32,000 nt of DNA from Staphylothermus hellenicus DSM 12710. Its GTDB lineage: Archaea > Thermoproteota > Thermoprotei_A > Sulfolobales > Desulfurococcaceae. The translations under genes were made by a program, and so were the position numbers. The stretch is taken from the NCBI RefSeq assembly GCF_000092465.1, contig NC_014205.1:1110001-1142000 (forward strand). The letters run 5' to 3'. Below, one piece after another: positions 17,826 through 26,912 of the stretch; position 1 is the stretch's first letter, and each line of letters begins with the position of its first letter. The notes beneath the pieces are model-generated. The model ran no database searches. It was not told where the DNA came from and saw nothing but the letters and a program-made list of their open reading frames with translations.

Positions 17826-18227
17826 TTACTCGTTGCCTGCATCTGATAGATTATATGGTAAGCCTTCGTAAACTATTTCTTTCGGCAATTTATTCTTCCA
17901 TTTTTTAAGGAATTCTATATCTGATTCTTTTCTCCTCTTATTATCTCGGAGTAAATATACTATTCCATTTTTAATAGGATACCATCTCTTACATTTAGGA
18001 CAATAGAGTACGCCTTCTTTAATCCCTATTCTTAAGCATTTTTCACATGGATATTTTTCTCCTTGTTTAATGGGTTTATCTAGGTATGCACAATAGTTTC
18101 TGCAGAGTGGGAATTCTAAGCCGGATGTATCAACATCTTCCTCGACTGTCTCGAGAGGTATTAGTTTTAATGGATAATTTTTACAGTGCGGGCATCTGAT
18201 AAAATCTAATCCCCAATAACGCATCAT
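17826..18227 (-). CDS. Trm112-like zinc-ribbon protein (long form)
   Basis: IRCPHCKNYPLKL at the N-terminus and GVLYCPKCKRWYPIKNGIVYLL, the split Trm112 zinc-knuckle signature with an inserted Cys-rich segment. Its start overlaps the upstream mutase stop by 4 nt. Confidence 0.65.
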   Translation of the reverse strand: MMRYWGLDFIRCPHCKNYPLKLIPLETVEEDVDTSGLEFPLCRNYCAYLDKPIKQGEKYPCEKCLRIGIKEGVLYCPKCKRWYPIKNGIVYLLRDNKRRKESDIEFLKKWKNKLPKEIVYEGLPYNLSDAGNE

Positions 18228-19597
18228 TTCTTCCCTGCCACCTCTTCAGCGATTTTCCTAACTATTGATAATAGTTCTTCTGCTTTATCCTTAGTTTTTG
18301 CTTCTAACATTATTCTCAGCAAAGGCTCTGTGCCGCTGGGCCTTACCAGTAACCAAAAGTCATCAGATATAACTTTTACACCGTCAATTGTTATTTGCCT
18401 ATAGTTCTTAAAGTATTCTTTAACTCGTTCAACAACAAGTAATGCTTTATCTCTTGTCATTGGAATTTTTGTTTTTATCAAATGATATTGTGGGAGCTCA
18501 TCATATATTTCTGAGAGCTTTCTATTCTCTTTAGCAAGCATTTCCAGCATGAGGGCTAGAGTCATGCCTCCATCCCTAACTAGTTGATGCGGTGGATACA
18601 TGAATCCACCGTTCTCCTCGAATCCGCAAAGAGCATCATTGTTTCTCTGCATTGTTCTCGAAATATCAACACTTCCAACCTTTAACCATACTACTTCTAT
18701 GCCGAGTGGTTTCAGTATTTCTTCGATAACAGTGCTGGATGAAACTGCTGTATATACTTTTCTAGGTAGTTCAGGATGTTTTTCAACGAGATACCTGGCA
18801 AGAATCGTTGCTGTGCGATCACCCCATTGCACCCTACCCTTATCATCAATAAATATGGCTCGATCAGCATCTCCATCATGTGCAACTCCTAAAACCGCGC
18901 CAATGCTAACAACAGTTCTCGCTGTTTCACCTAGATGCTCAGGTACGGGTTCAGGCTCTCTCCCCGGAAACGTGGGATCTAAATGTCCATTGACTGTGTA
19001 AACTTTGACTCCGAGTTCTCTAGCTATCCTAGGCGATGTTAATGCTCCAACACTATTAGCGGGATCTATAACTATTTTGAACCCCTTACTACGTATTAGA
19101 TCCTTATCTACTTTTTCAATTACTCCTCTAACATATATATCGTTTACATAGGGGTAAGGTTTAGCATCATGTAATAATTGCCTCCATGGAACCCTCCTAA
19201 ACCTCTGACTAAAATATATCTCCTCGATCTCAAGCTCTTTTTCACGCGGAACCTCTATTCCATCAGCAGCTACAACTTTGATCCCATTATATTTAGAGGG
19301 ATTATGACTAGCAGTTATTATAACTCCACCATCAAAATCCTGTGTCTTAACAGCATATTGTAGAGCAGGTGTTGGAGCTAGTTCTCCATCATAAACTTTT
19401 ACACCAGTAGACAATAACCCAGCTATAACAGCTGATTTTATCATGTATCCGCCTGCACGAACATCTCTACCCACAAGAATCTTTGATCCCTCTCCAAAAA
19501 ATGTGCCTATAGCCATTCCAAGCTTTAATCCAAGCTCTGGGGTTAACTCCTCATTTACAATTCCTCTAACACCATCTGTACCAAATAATCTACCCAT
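18224..19597 (-). CDS. glmM: Phosphoglucosamine mutase / phosphomannomutase family (alpha-D-phosphohexomutase)
   Basis: FGTDGVRG, TASHNPSKYNGIK (active-site Ser), DGDADR, GEENGG-like FEENGG. Start set to ATG 19597 (MGRLFGTDG); the track uses GTG 19606. Confidence 0.85.
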   Translation of the reverse strand: MGRLFGTDGVRGIVNEELTPELGLKLGMAIGTFFGEGSKILVGRDVRAGGYMIKSAVIAGLLSTGVKVYDGELAPTPALQYAVKTQDFDGGVIITASHNPSKYNGIKVVAADGIEVPREKELEIEEIYFSQRFRRVPWRQLLHDAKPYPYVNDIYVRGVIEKVDKDLIRSKGFKIVIDPANSVGALTSPRIARELGVKVYTVNGHLDPTFPGREPEPVPEHLGETARTVVSIGAVLGVAHDGDADRAIFIDDKGRVQWGDRTATILARYLVEKHPELPRKVYTAVSSSTVIEEILKPLGIEVVWLKVGSVDISRTMQRNNDALCGFEENGGFMYPPHQLVRDGGMTLALMLEMLAKENRKLSEIYDELPQYHLIKTKIPMTRDKALLVVERVKEYFKNYRQITIDGVKVISDDFWLLVRPSGTEPLLRIMLEAKTKDKAEELLSIVRKIAEEVAGKK

Positions 19598-19760
19598 GAT
19601 AATCACCCAGTTAATTAATTACTCAGTAATCGTATTCAATTTAAGATTTATATCTCTAATAGTTAATGTATTTTTGTTGTAAAAATACCTCTTCAAAACA
19701 ATAAGTAATGGATCATACTGATAACTATGTGTTTTTAATAGATAAAATACTAGGAATAAG

Positions 19761-20141
19761 TCATTCCTCTTCGGATTCAGCATATTCCTCGATTATTTCT
19801 TCCATTGCATCTCTCACATCGTTTTCTCCCTCTCTTAATCTAAGCTCTACTTTAAATCCCTTATCACTAAGGAGCCTTGATACATCAACAGCGATATCTC
19901 TCATCTCGCTCAGTACATCTTCTACAATGGATTCTAGGTCTTCGCCTGACTCAACAAGATCGCTCATAACATCTTCTAGCTCTTCTCCTGCTTCCAATTC
20001 TATTATAGCTGTTGACCCACTTAATCTAACAATAAGTGAAACAGGTAGTTCTGAATGAGCGGCAATAATTCTTCCCTTCCTCTTCTTAACCTCAAGCTCG
20101 CGTTCTTTCAATAAATCTATTAATTCCTGAGGGATAGGCAT
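19761..20141 (-). CDS. Acidic hypothetical protein
   Basis: Truncated to the internal ATG 20141 (MPIPQELIDLL...). The 86-aa upstream extension in the track is low-complexity and overlaps the divergent gene at 20251. C-terminal half is very acidic. Confidence 0.45.
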   Translation of the reverse strand: MPIPQELIDLLKERELEVKKRKGRIIAAHSELPVSLIVRLSGSTAIIELEAGEELEDVMSDLVESGEDLESIVEDVLSEMRDIAVDVSRLLSDKGFKVELRLREGENDVRDAMEEIIEEYAESEEE

Positions 20142-20250
20142 TGAACCATCCCTTAATTGTTTCTCCTCATAATTAGCGGTAGTTTCCCCCAATTTTAAAA
20201 CGTTACGTTTTAATAAGTTATTATGTAAGTAGTGGGAGATGATTATATAG

Positions 20251-20574
20251 ATGAGAATAGCTTTTCTGATCAGCACTCGCCAGCTCACAGATGCTGTAAA
20301 CAATATTATTAAAAAATACCTGGATAATAATGAGTTATTTATAATTACTAGTAAAGAATTAGTTAAGGATTTAGCAAATGTTCTGGACAGAAAGATCATT
20401 GAGAAGGTAAATATTATTGTATTAAAGCTTCGAACAGAAGAAAATGCCCTAAGATTATTTTCGCAGACGTCGCCGGATATAGTTATAGATTGTGATCCAA
20501 TCGATTACTTCAAAGAGATTAAGCGAATAATTAAATTTAGTCATGCATTAGTTCAGAAATGTGTAATAGAGTGA
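20251..20574 (+). CDS. Hypothetical protein
   Basis: 107-aa ORF with an ATG start, ending 6 nt before the next gene, so operon-like. No family recognised. Confidence 0.45.
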   Translation: MRIAFLISTRQLTDAVNNIIKKYLDNNELFIITSKELVKDLANVLDRKIIEKVNIIVLKLRTEENALRLFSQTSPDIVIDCDPIDYFKEIKRIIKFSHALVQKCVIE

Positions 20575-20580
20575 TTATAT

Positions 20581-21447
20581 ATGAGTATTAAAATAGGTAT
20601 ACCTCTATGGATAGGTAATTTCACCGGCCACAGCATTGAAGAAGTAATAAATCTTATCTCAACCTATAGAATAGACCTTATTGAAATATCCATAGATTAT
20701 CCATGGCCATATAAAGAAGTAGACCTATTAAATAATCTAATACTTGAAGCTATTAATTATGATATAAAGATTAGTTTGCATGCACCATGGAGAGATATAC
20801 CATTTGCAACACCATATGATTATTTAGGAGAGCACATTATAAAATTGCTATCACAAATATTGAATCCAATACTCAATAAGTTACCATATGAAACATATAT
20901 AGTACTACACCCATTAACCATGCAGAGAATAGATATTCTAAACAATAGAAAAGACATAGTATCAAAAACTCGGAAGAGAATGTATCTTCTCAGAGAATTA
21001 ATCAATAAAAACACATCTATACTACTAGAGAATCTAAGTAGAGGATTCGGTTCTGAGCCAAGTTATTTGAGAGAAATAGTTCTTGGACTAGACAAGTATA
21101 ATGTGGGACTATGTCTTGATATTGGTCACCTGGCTACAAGATACTTTAGAGAACTCGATAATGTGTATAGTGATTTCTATGAGTATTTAAGAGAGGTTAT
21201 TACTATGTTGAACGACATATATATTCCAACAGTTCACCTACATGATACGGATGGGAAAACACATGAACACATCTTAATTGGAGAGGGAAAACTAGATTTT
21301 AAAAAAGTTCTCAAAACACTTAGTAAATTAAAGCCTAATCATATAATATATGAAATGTTTCGTTCAAGAAAAACCAAGCCTACCTTGGAGGAGATACTAA
21401 AGATAGTTGCTGGTCAGAGAACATGGGTAAGAATATACATGCACTAA
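20581..21447 (+). CDS. Sugar phosphate isomerase/epimerase (xylose isomerase-like TIM barrel / AP endonuclease 2 fold)
   Basis: 288 aa with LHAPW..., HPL, DIGH and HLHD metal-ligand-like motifs, typical of this TIM-barrel family. Confidence 0.6.
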   Translation: MSIKIGIPLWIGNFTGHSIEEVINLISTYRIDLIEISIDYPWPYKEVDLLNNLILEAINYDIKISLHAPWRDIPFATPYDYLGEHIIKLLSQILNPILNKLPYETYIVLHPLTMQRIDILNNRKDIVSKTRKRMYLLRELINKNTSILLENLSRGFGSEPSYLREIVLGLDKYNVGLCLDIGHLATRYFRELDNVYSDFYEYLREVITMLNDIYIPTVHLHDTDGKTHEHILIGEGKLDFKKVLKTLSKLKPNHIIYEMFRSRKTKPTLEEILKIVAGQRTWVRIYMH

Positions 21448-22157
21448 ATATAGGCGTTGACGAGGCTGGCCGAGGTCCTCTTATCGGAGATTTAGTTATC
21501 GCTATACTAATAATAAGTAGAAATAAAATAGAGAAACTAATTAGTATCGGTGTAAAGGATAGTAAACAATTAACAAGGCATACTAGATTATCTTTGGCAA
21601 AGAAAATACTTAAGCTAGCAGACAGTGCTTTAATCATTTATATATCGCCGGAAATAATTGATTCATATAATATCAATAGGATCATTGCTGAAAAAATAAT
21701 ACTAGCATTGAAACTATTTTCGCCAGTGATAAACCATTATAGAACAGCTAGTATTTACATTGATGAGATCAAAGGTTATAAAAACTATATTTTAGCTAAT
21801 TTGTCTAAATATATTAACAATATAGAAGAATATGTGATGGAGCCAAATGCTGATCAAAAATACCCCGTAGTTTCAGCCGCCAGTATTTTAGCAAAAACTA
21901 TTAGGGATAAAAATATCGATTTCCTCAAAAAAATATATGGAAACCTAGGCTCAGGATATCCCTCGGACAGGGTCACAATTAATTGGCTTATAAAAACATA
22001 TAATGGAGAAAAAGAGCCACCATTAATTATTAGAAGAACATGGTCAACTCTAAGAAAATATGCTCCTAAATGGTTCAGCAATTTGAAAAATAAGAGGACA
22101 CTAAGCATTCTAGACTATCTAGGTGATAGAGGAAATGGTGACGAATCTTCCGGCTGA
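21423..22157 (+). CDS. rnhB: Ribonuclease HII
   Basis: GVDEAGRGPLIGDLVIA N-terminal catalytic motif, then DSK and SAASILAK. Overlaps the upstream gene by 25 nt. Confidence 0.9.
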   Translation: MGKNIHALNIGVDEAGRGPLIGDLVIAILIISRNKIEKLISIGVKDSKQLTRHTRLSLAKKILKLADSALIIYISPEIIDSYNINRIIAEKIILALKLFSPVINHYRTASIYIDEIKGYKNYILANLSKYINNIEEYVMEPNADQKYPVVSAASILAKTIRDKNIDFLKKIYGNLGSGYPSDRVTINWLIKTYNGEKEPPLIIRRTWSTLRKYAPKWFSNLKNKRTLSILDYLGDRGNGDESSG

Positions 22158-23304
22158 AGCTAGAGCTAAATGGATAAAAGTTATGGAAGCTAGGACTATT
22201 GAGGAGAAAATAAAGGCTCTAGAAGAATTCTTATCTGCTGTACCTAAACATAAGGGAACAGCTAATCTACGCTTATGGGCTACTAGAAGACTAGCTGAGC
22301 TTAGGGAAGAATTAGAGGAGAGAAAGAGGAAGAAGGGAGGAAGAGGAATATCTTTTTTTGTTGAGAAGGAAGGAGCTGCTCAAATAGTTGTCATAGGGCT
22401 TCCTAACTCTGGTAAAAGCACATTGGTTAAGCAATTGACTGGTACAAGGACTAGAATAGCTAATTACCCCTTTTCAACAGATAGACCTGTCCCGGGGATG
22501 CTTAGGTATCAAGATATTTATTTCCAACTTGTTGACACTCCACCGCTTCGACCAGGAGGAGGGCCCTGGAATAATAGAGTTATAGGATTAGTGAGAAATA
22601 GTGATGCAGTAATTATTGTTTTGAACAATGAAGATGATCCCTTAAAAGAGTATTTATCAATAAAATCAGAACTTGAAAAATCAGGGATTCTCCTATATAA
22701 ACCACGCGGCAGAGTCGTTGTTGAGAAAGAAAGAGCGGGTAAGACAGGTGTTAGAGTAACACTTATGGGAAAAATAATCGATGGGACAATAGATGATGTT
22801 CGAAAAATAATGGAAAGCTATAGAATCTATAATGCCCACGTAAAAATCTATGGGGCAGTAACTCTTGACGATATTGAACAAGCATTATTTGAAAGCAAAG
22901 TATATAAGCCAAGTGTTATAGTGATAAACAAGGCTGATCTAGACATTGAAAAAGCACGTGTAAAAGCATATGAAATACATAAACAAGATCCCAATGCTCC
23001 AATAATAATTGGATCAGCCAAGCTGAATAAGGGTTTTGAAAAACTCGGCGAAATACTGTTTAAATTGCTAGGGATAATTCGAGTTTATACAAAACAACCA
23101 AACGGGCCTGTAGCTGATAAACCCTTAATACTTAGAGAAGGAGCGACAGTATATGATGTGGCATGTTCAATCCATAAGGATTTCATTAAAAAATTTAAAT
23201 ATGCTAAAATATGGGGTCCTTCTGCAAAGTATCCTGGTGAGAGAACAGGGCTAGATCATATAGTTATGGATGGGGATATTGTTGAGATTCATGTAAAAGG
23301 ATAA
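22135..23304 (+). CDS. DRG/Obg-family GTP-binding protein with a C-terminal TGS domain
   Basis: G1 GLPNSGKSTL, G3 DTPP, G4 NKAD, and a TGS-like C-terminus (IRVYTK...GDIVEI). ATG 22135 is used; the track GTG 22123 is also possible. Confidence 0.85.
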   Translation: MVTNLPAEARAKWIKVMEARTIEEKIKALEEFLSAVPKHKGTANLRLWATRRLAELREELEERKRKKGGRGISFFVEKEGAAQIVVIGLPNSGKSTLVKQLTGTRTRIANYPFSTDRPVPGMLRYQDIYFQLVDTPPLRPGGGPWNNRVIGLVRNSDAVIIVLNNEDDPLKEYLSIKSELEKSGILLYKPRGRVVVEKERAGKTGVRVTLMGKIIDGTIDDVRKIMESYRIYNAHVKIYGAVTLDDIEQALFESKVYKPSVIVINKADLDIEKARVKAYEIHKQDPNAPIIIGSAKLNKGFEKLGEILFKLLGIIRVYTKQPNGPVADKPLILREGATVYDVACSIHKDFIKKFKYAKIWGPSAKYPGERTGLDHIVMDGDIVEIHVKG

Positions 23305-23333
23305 AAAATGGATATTCTTATTAATGTACCCTA

Positions 23334-23744
23334 TTAGTAGCTAGTTGTTCTCGGAACTATTATTCTTATAATGCCTCTAGCAGGATCCTTTTCAACTTTT
23401 AGATTTGAGGGATCACTGTCATATGGTAGCTTAATGGATGTATGATATCTTCTAAATCTTACCTCTCTATATGTTGACCATCTATCGAATCTAATTTCAT
23501 TTTTCAATTCACACTCAATTGCTAATACGTGGTTCTTTATTTTGATGGAGAGAGCACTTAGATCAGCATATGGCAGATCAACCAATATCTCATATCTGTC
23601 AGGATATTTCTCCATAGTTATAAGAGGCTCAAGCATACCATTAGCAGACCACATTGATTCAGCAACTTCAAACTCCTTCTCAAACTCCTCAAATAATTCT
23701 TTCATCTTTTTACGAAACCTTTCAAATAAGTCTTCAGAATCCAT
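23334..23744 (-). CDS. hsp20: Small heat-shock protein (Hsp20/alpha-crystallin family)
   Basis: Alpha-crystallin-domain-like core (YEILVDLPYADLSALSIKIKNHVLAIECE...LKVEKDPARGIIRIIVPR). Start moved to ATG 23744, preceded by GGTGAT. Confidence 0.8.
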   Translation of the reverse strand: MDSEDLFERFRKKMKELFEEFEKEFEVAESMWSANGMLEPLITMEKYPDRYEILVDLPYADLSALSIKIKNHVLAIECELKNEIRFDRWSTYREVRFRRYHTSIKLPYDSDPSNLKVEKDPARGIIRIIVPRTTSY

Positions 23745-23755
23745 ATTTATCACCA

Positions 23756-24562
23756 CTACTGATACATAAGAGGCATTTGCATCTCGAACTTCTTCTGCAT
23801 CTCAGACATGGATCTCTTAGTTTGTCTCATCAGCTCTCTTGTCTGAAGCTTTATTAGTTCTGCTTCCTTTAACAGTTTACCTATGTCTATATCTATATTG
23901 ATGATCTGTGATAGGATCTTTAATGCTTCAGCAGCAGATTCGGGGTCAGGTAAGTCAAGGAAGGATTCTACAAATATTACAAGATTATTTATACTTCTTC
24001 TTCTAGCTTCCTTCAATATAGTAGCGTAGGGACCTACGATGAATCCCTCTCTAAGTTCTTCTAATCCCTTATCTTTAAGTAGTTCTGCTGAGCTAGCCGT
24101 GCTGGCAAGCCAATAGGAACGCGGCTTCTTTATTTGGAGCCTGTTAGGTGCAGCTATGCCGGATAAAGATATTATGTGTTTAATTCCTATTTCTCTCGAA
24201 TACTCCAGTATGGCTAGTGATAAAGGATATACTGCTGATGCTGGGATGGGTGCTTCTGATAACAGTACTAGATATCTGCGATCACTGGGCATATATATTT
24301 GTATAGGGCTCATAGGAGTAGATTTATGAATTACCGTAACCGGCGGAAAATATGTTGGCGAATCAATTTCTCCTACAAGCTTCAAATTCTTATTCATAAC
24401 CAAGTAACGTGATGCAATAGCACCTACAAGTCCTGCATCAGGTAAGCCTAGAACTAGATACTCAGGTGCCGGTTCCTCATACGGATCAAAATACTCATGT
24501 ATAATTAATCTTTCATATGTAAGCGTTCTTTTCGGCCGCTTAATTAATAGTTTAGGACCCAC
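23756..24562 (-). CDS. PAC2-family protein (proteasome assembly chaperone-like, COG1938)
   Basis: 268 aa. LVLGLPDAGLVGAIASRYLV N-terminal signature and overall PAC2-like layout. GTG start. Confidence 0.7.
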   Translation of the reverse strand: MGPKLLIKRPKRTLTYERLIIHEYFDPYEEPAPEYLVLGLPDAGLVGAIASRYLVMNKNLKLVGEIDSPTYFPPVTVIHKSTPMSPIQIYMPSDRRYLVLLSEAPIPASAVYPLSLAILEYSREIGIKHIISLSGIAAPNRLQIKKPRSYWLASTASSAELLKDKGLEELREGFIVGPYATILKEARRRSINNLVIFVESFLDLPDPESAAEALKILSQIINIDIDIGKLLKEAELIKLQTRELMRQTKRSMSEMQKKFEMQMPLMYQ

Positions 24563-24679
24563 TCATACCACCCTGAAACCAAAAATAGTATATGTGTTTT
24601 CCAGAATATAATCTATTGCTCTAATTATTTAATTTACAAAGAATACTGAATAAATGATTTATCTATATAGTTGAAGCAG

Positions 24680-24750
24680 GAGGGCTCAGCTACCCCGGAG
24701 CTATAATCATTCAAGCCTTTTCATGGGCATGACTGTCTTCATCGCCCCCC
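24680..24750 (-). ncRNA. C/D-box-like sRNA candidate in the cdvC-PAC2 spacer
   Basis: Minus strand: GCGAUGA (24744-24739) - 14 nt - AUGA - AAAGGCUUGA - AUGAUUA - UAGCUCCGGGGUAG (14 nt) - CUGA (24689-24686), with flanking GGGC/GCCC. An AT-rich GATAATAAT element is centred about 34 nt upstream. The 14-nt spacers and imperfect C/C' boxes lower confidence. Confidence 0.35.
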
Positions 24751-24821
24751 AGCACTCTATTAGTGTCTTGGAGCATTATTATCTTCACGGGGGGTGGAGA
24801 GCTTTAAATGTTTCAGATTGA

Positions 24822-25961
24822 TCAGTATGTTCCATGTTTTTCTTCCCAGACCTTATATGCTTGTAGCAAGTTTTTGTCTATGCTTGGTTTTCTAGACTTT
24901 ATTACTTCTATAAAGTCTTCTGTTGTAATAGGTCTAATTTTTTCGCCATTATGTTTTTCTAGGAATTCTTCAGCAAGATTTGATTGTGTCTCTTTAACTA
25001 TGGAGTATATATCTGCCGAACTATATCCTTCTGTTAGTTCTGCTAGTTCACCATAATCGATCTCTCCTATTTCATATGCTTCTTTCAATTGTTCTATGTA
25101 GAACTTGAAAAGTTGTTTACGTACACGTTTATCGGGTGGGGGAACATATATTCGTTTTTCAAATCTACGTATGAACCCTATATCTAGTTTCCACGGCTTA
25201 TTCGTTGTCCCCACAACGAATACTAGAAGCTTATTGTTTTCCTTTTCCTTTAAGCCATCCATCTCCATTAGAAACTGGTTTCTAACTCTCTTCTCGCCGC
25301 CAACCTCTTCACCATACTCCTGCAGCAACCCATCGACTTCATCGATAAATATTATTACTGGACTCCCCTTACCTGCTATCTCCCGGGCCTTACGAAAGAC
25401 TTTAGCAACATTCTTCTCAGCTTCGCCAAGCCATTTAGACATTATAGTTGCTGGACTAACATTTATGAGTGTAGCATTGATCTCATTAGCTAGAGCATAT
25501 GCTACCAGAGTCTTACCGCATCCAGGCGGGCCGAAGAGAAGAATTCCCTTAGGCCATCCTAAAGGATATAGTTTTGGATCCTTAACAGGATATATAACAG
25601 CTCTTTTCAATGCTCTTTTTACTTTCTCTAAGTCAACTATATCTTTAAAAGTCTTCCTATTAGCCCTTATATTTGGCGTTAATATTTCGATATCCTCTGC
25701 CCCAGATCTATTTCCATCTCCTCCTATACCGATCTTTTCTATATGTTTCTCCAATACTTTTATACGAGACTTATACTTAATTATTAATCCACGATAGAAT
25801 TCTGACATTGAGCTGTCCGGGTATAGTTTTAGATATTTTAGGAACAGATCTATAGCGGCCTTATAATACTTTATAGCAGTTTCATAGTCGCCTTTCTTAT
25901 CTGCGGCAACAGCTTTATGAGCGTACTCTGTGCCTTTTTCTATTAGATATTGTAGACTCAT
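24822..25961 (-). CDS. cdvC: Vps4-like AAA+ ATPase CdvC
   Basis: N-terminal MIT domain (AHKAVAADKKGDYETAIKYYKAAIDLFLKYLKLYP) and an AAA core (GILLFGPPGCGKTL, IIFIDEVD). Lies directly downstream of cdvB. Confidence 0.92.
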   Translation of the reverse strand: MSLQYLIEKGTEYAHKAVAADKKGDYETAIKYYKAAIDLFLKYLKLYPDSSMSEFYRGLIIKYKSRIKVLEKHIEKIGIGGDGNRSGAEDIEILTPNIRANRKTFKDIVDLEKVKRALKRAVIYPVKDPKLYPLGWPKGILLFGPPGCGKTLVAYALANEINATLINVSPATIMSKWLGEAEKNVAKVFRKAREIAGKGSPVIIFIDEVDGLLQEYGEEVGGEKRVRNQFLMEMDGLKEKENNKLLVFVVGTTNKPWKLDIGFIRRFEKRIYVPPPDKRVRKQLFKFYIEQLKEAYEIGEIDYGELAELTEGYSSADIYSIVKETQSNLAEEFLEKHNGEKIRPITTEDFIEVIKSRKPSIDKNLLQAYKVWEEKHGTY

Positions 25962-26010
25962 GGCTAAACCCCCTCCATAAAGGCCCGGGAGTTGAAAGAA
26001 AATCTTATGT

Positions 26011-26796
26011 TTAATGTCTTAGTCTAATATGGCCTTCTTCCTCCAGCTTTCTCAGAGCGTCATAGACTAGATGCTTTGGAACCTTATATTTCTTAGTGAA
26101 ATCCCTTACAACGAATACTCCTCCACTAGTTCTTATCTCGTCAAGTATCCATTTCTTCACAATTGCTAATGGTACTAGATTGTATTCCTGGACAGGGCTG
26201 GGTTCCGGCTGGTCTTCTGGCGGTAGAGGTGGAACAGGTAGTTTTTCACGCGTATTTTTATTATCTACTTGTTGTGTGTTATCCTTATATCCTACAGCAC
26301 CTGCAATATTGGAGATGTCTGATGAGGCAATTATGCTTGTAACTTTTCTTTCTACCTCCATTAGCATTGTCGACAGCTCTGGAGCGATCTTCTCAACTTC
26401 AGGCTTTAATGATTGAAGTTCTTGTATAACTTCGGGAAGTAGTCTGATCGGCTCCTCTACTAATGTTAGCGTCTCCAGCCTATACCTGACCCTCATTAGA
26501 TCATATTGAACCTTGTCAAACATAGATATTAATCCTGCAATGTGCTTAAGTTCTTCAATAAATATATTCTCGTATTGTTTCCTCCCCTCACTTGCAAACA
26601 ACTTAGCTCTGCGGCTATGATCCTCATGAACTGATTCAAGGCTCTTCTTAGTTGATTCTATAGAGTTTATCATTTTATCTAGAACAGCTATTGCTTCATA
26701 TATGCTCTTAGTAACGGGATCCTTGGATCTCTTAAGGAAACCAAATAAGCGCCCAAACCAGCCAATACCTCTTGAGCCAATACCTAATGTTGACAC
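26011..26796 (-). CDS. cdvB: ESCRT-III-like protein CdvB with a C-terminal winged helix
   Basis: Snf7-like helical core, a proline-rich MIM2-like tract LPVPPLPPEDQPEPSP, and a C-terminal wH (WILDEIRTSGGVFVVRDFTKKYKVPKHLVYDALRKLEEEGHI). GTG start. Confidence 0.88.
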   Translation of the reverse strand: MSTLGIGSRGIGWFGRLFGFLKRSKDPVTKSIYEAIAVLDKMINSIESTKKSLESVHEDHSRRAKLFASEGRKQYENIFIEELKHIAGLISMFDKVQYDLMRVRYRLETLTLVEEPIRLLPEVIQELQSLKPEVEKIAPELSTMLMEVERKVTSIIASSDISNIAGAVGYKDNTQQVDNKNTREKLPVPPLPPEDQPEPSPVQEYNLVPLAIVKKWILDEIRTSGGVFVVRDFTKKYKVPKHLVYDALRKLEEEGHIRLRH

Positions 26797-26826
26797 CTAT
26801 TCATCGCCCCATATCTTCCTTGATGA

Positions 26827-26837
26827 AATTTATATCC
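26827..26837 (-). promoter_or_regulatory. Candidate TATA box for cdvB-cdvC
   Basis: Minus strand GATATAAATTT, about 35 nt upstream of the cdvB GTG, inside the 116-bp cdvA-cdvB gap. Confidence 0.4.
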
Positions 26838-26912
26838 AACATATTATCGCCTTGAAAAATTCTTTTTAAATTCAGGAATTAGTAGTATCGGAGAAATACC
26901 CTGGTATTCCCT

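Noticed and set aside
20142-20399. The 86-aa N-terminal extension of ORF 19761..20399 (-).
   Set aside because: Low-complexity Ile/Leu/Ser/Asn sequence that overlaps the divergent gene 20251..20574 and its promoter region. A well-placed internal ATG at 20141 gives a compact acidic protein.
24684-24701. GCUC-AGCUACCCCG-GAGC looks like a tRNA D-arm.
   Set aside because: No U8, no matching acceptor stem, no anticodon stem or T-arm (GTTCRANYC) in the flanks on either strand.
1088-26416. Many ORF-track entries lie antisense to or nested within strong genes. Examples: 1088..1291, 1574..1774, 4408..4836, 5359..5544, 7181..7390, 8371..8568, 8722..8976, 9947..10288, 10661..10960, 12169..12351, 13180..13608, 14055..14411, 14712..15113, 18600..19001, 19178..19363, 19443..19682, 19708..20058, 20820..21014, 21380..21637, 21854..22108, 22693..22881, 23542..23857, 24808..25056, 25105..25797, 26096..26416. 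Further ones lie beyond this span: 27181..27471, 29575..29787, 29939..30316, 31185..31439.
   Set aside because: Each lies opposite a gene with clear family motifs. Their translations are Ser/Leu/Pro/Phe-rich mirror-frame products without motifs, which is typical of shadow ORFs.
26893-26910. AAATACC-CT-GGTATT inverted repeat immediately downstream of the cdvA stop.
   Set aside because: Only 6-bp arms, and a 2-nt spacer that cannot form an RNA hairpin. Too weak to call a terminator or an operator.
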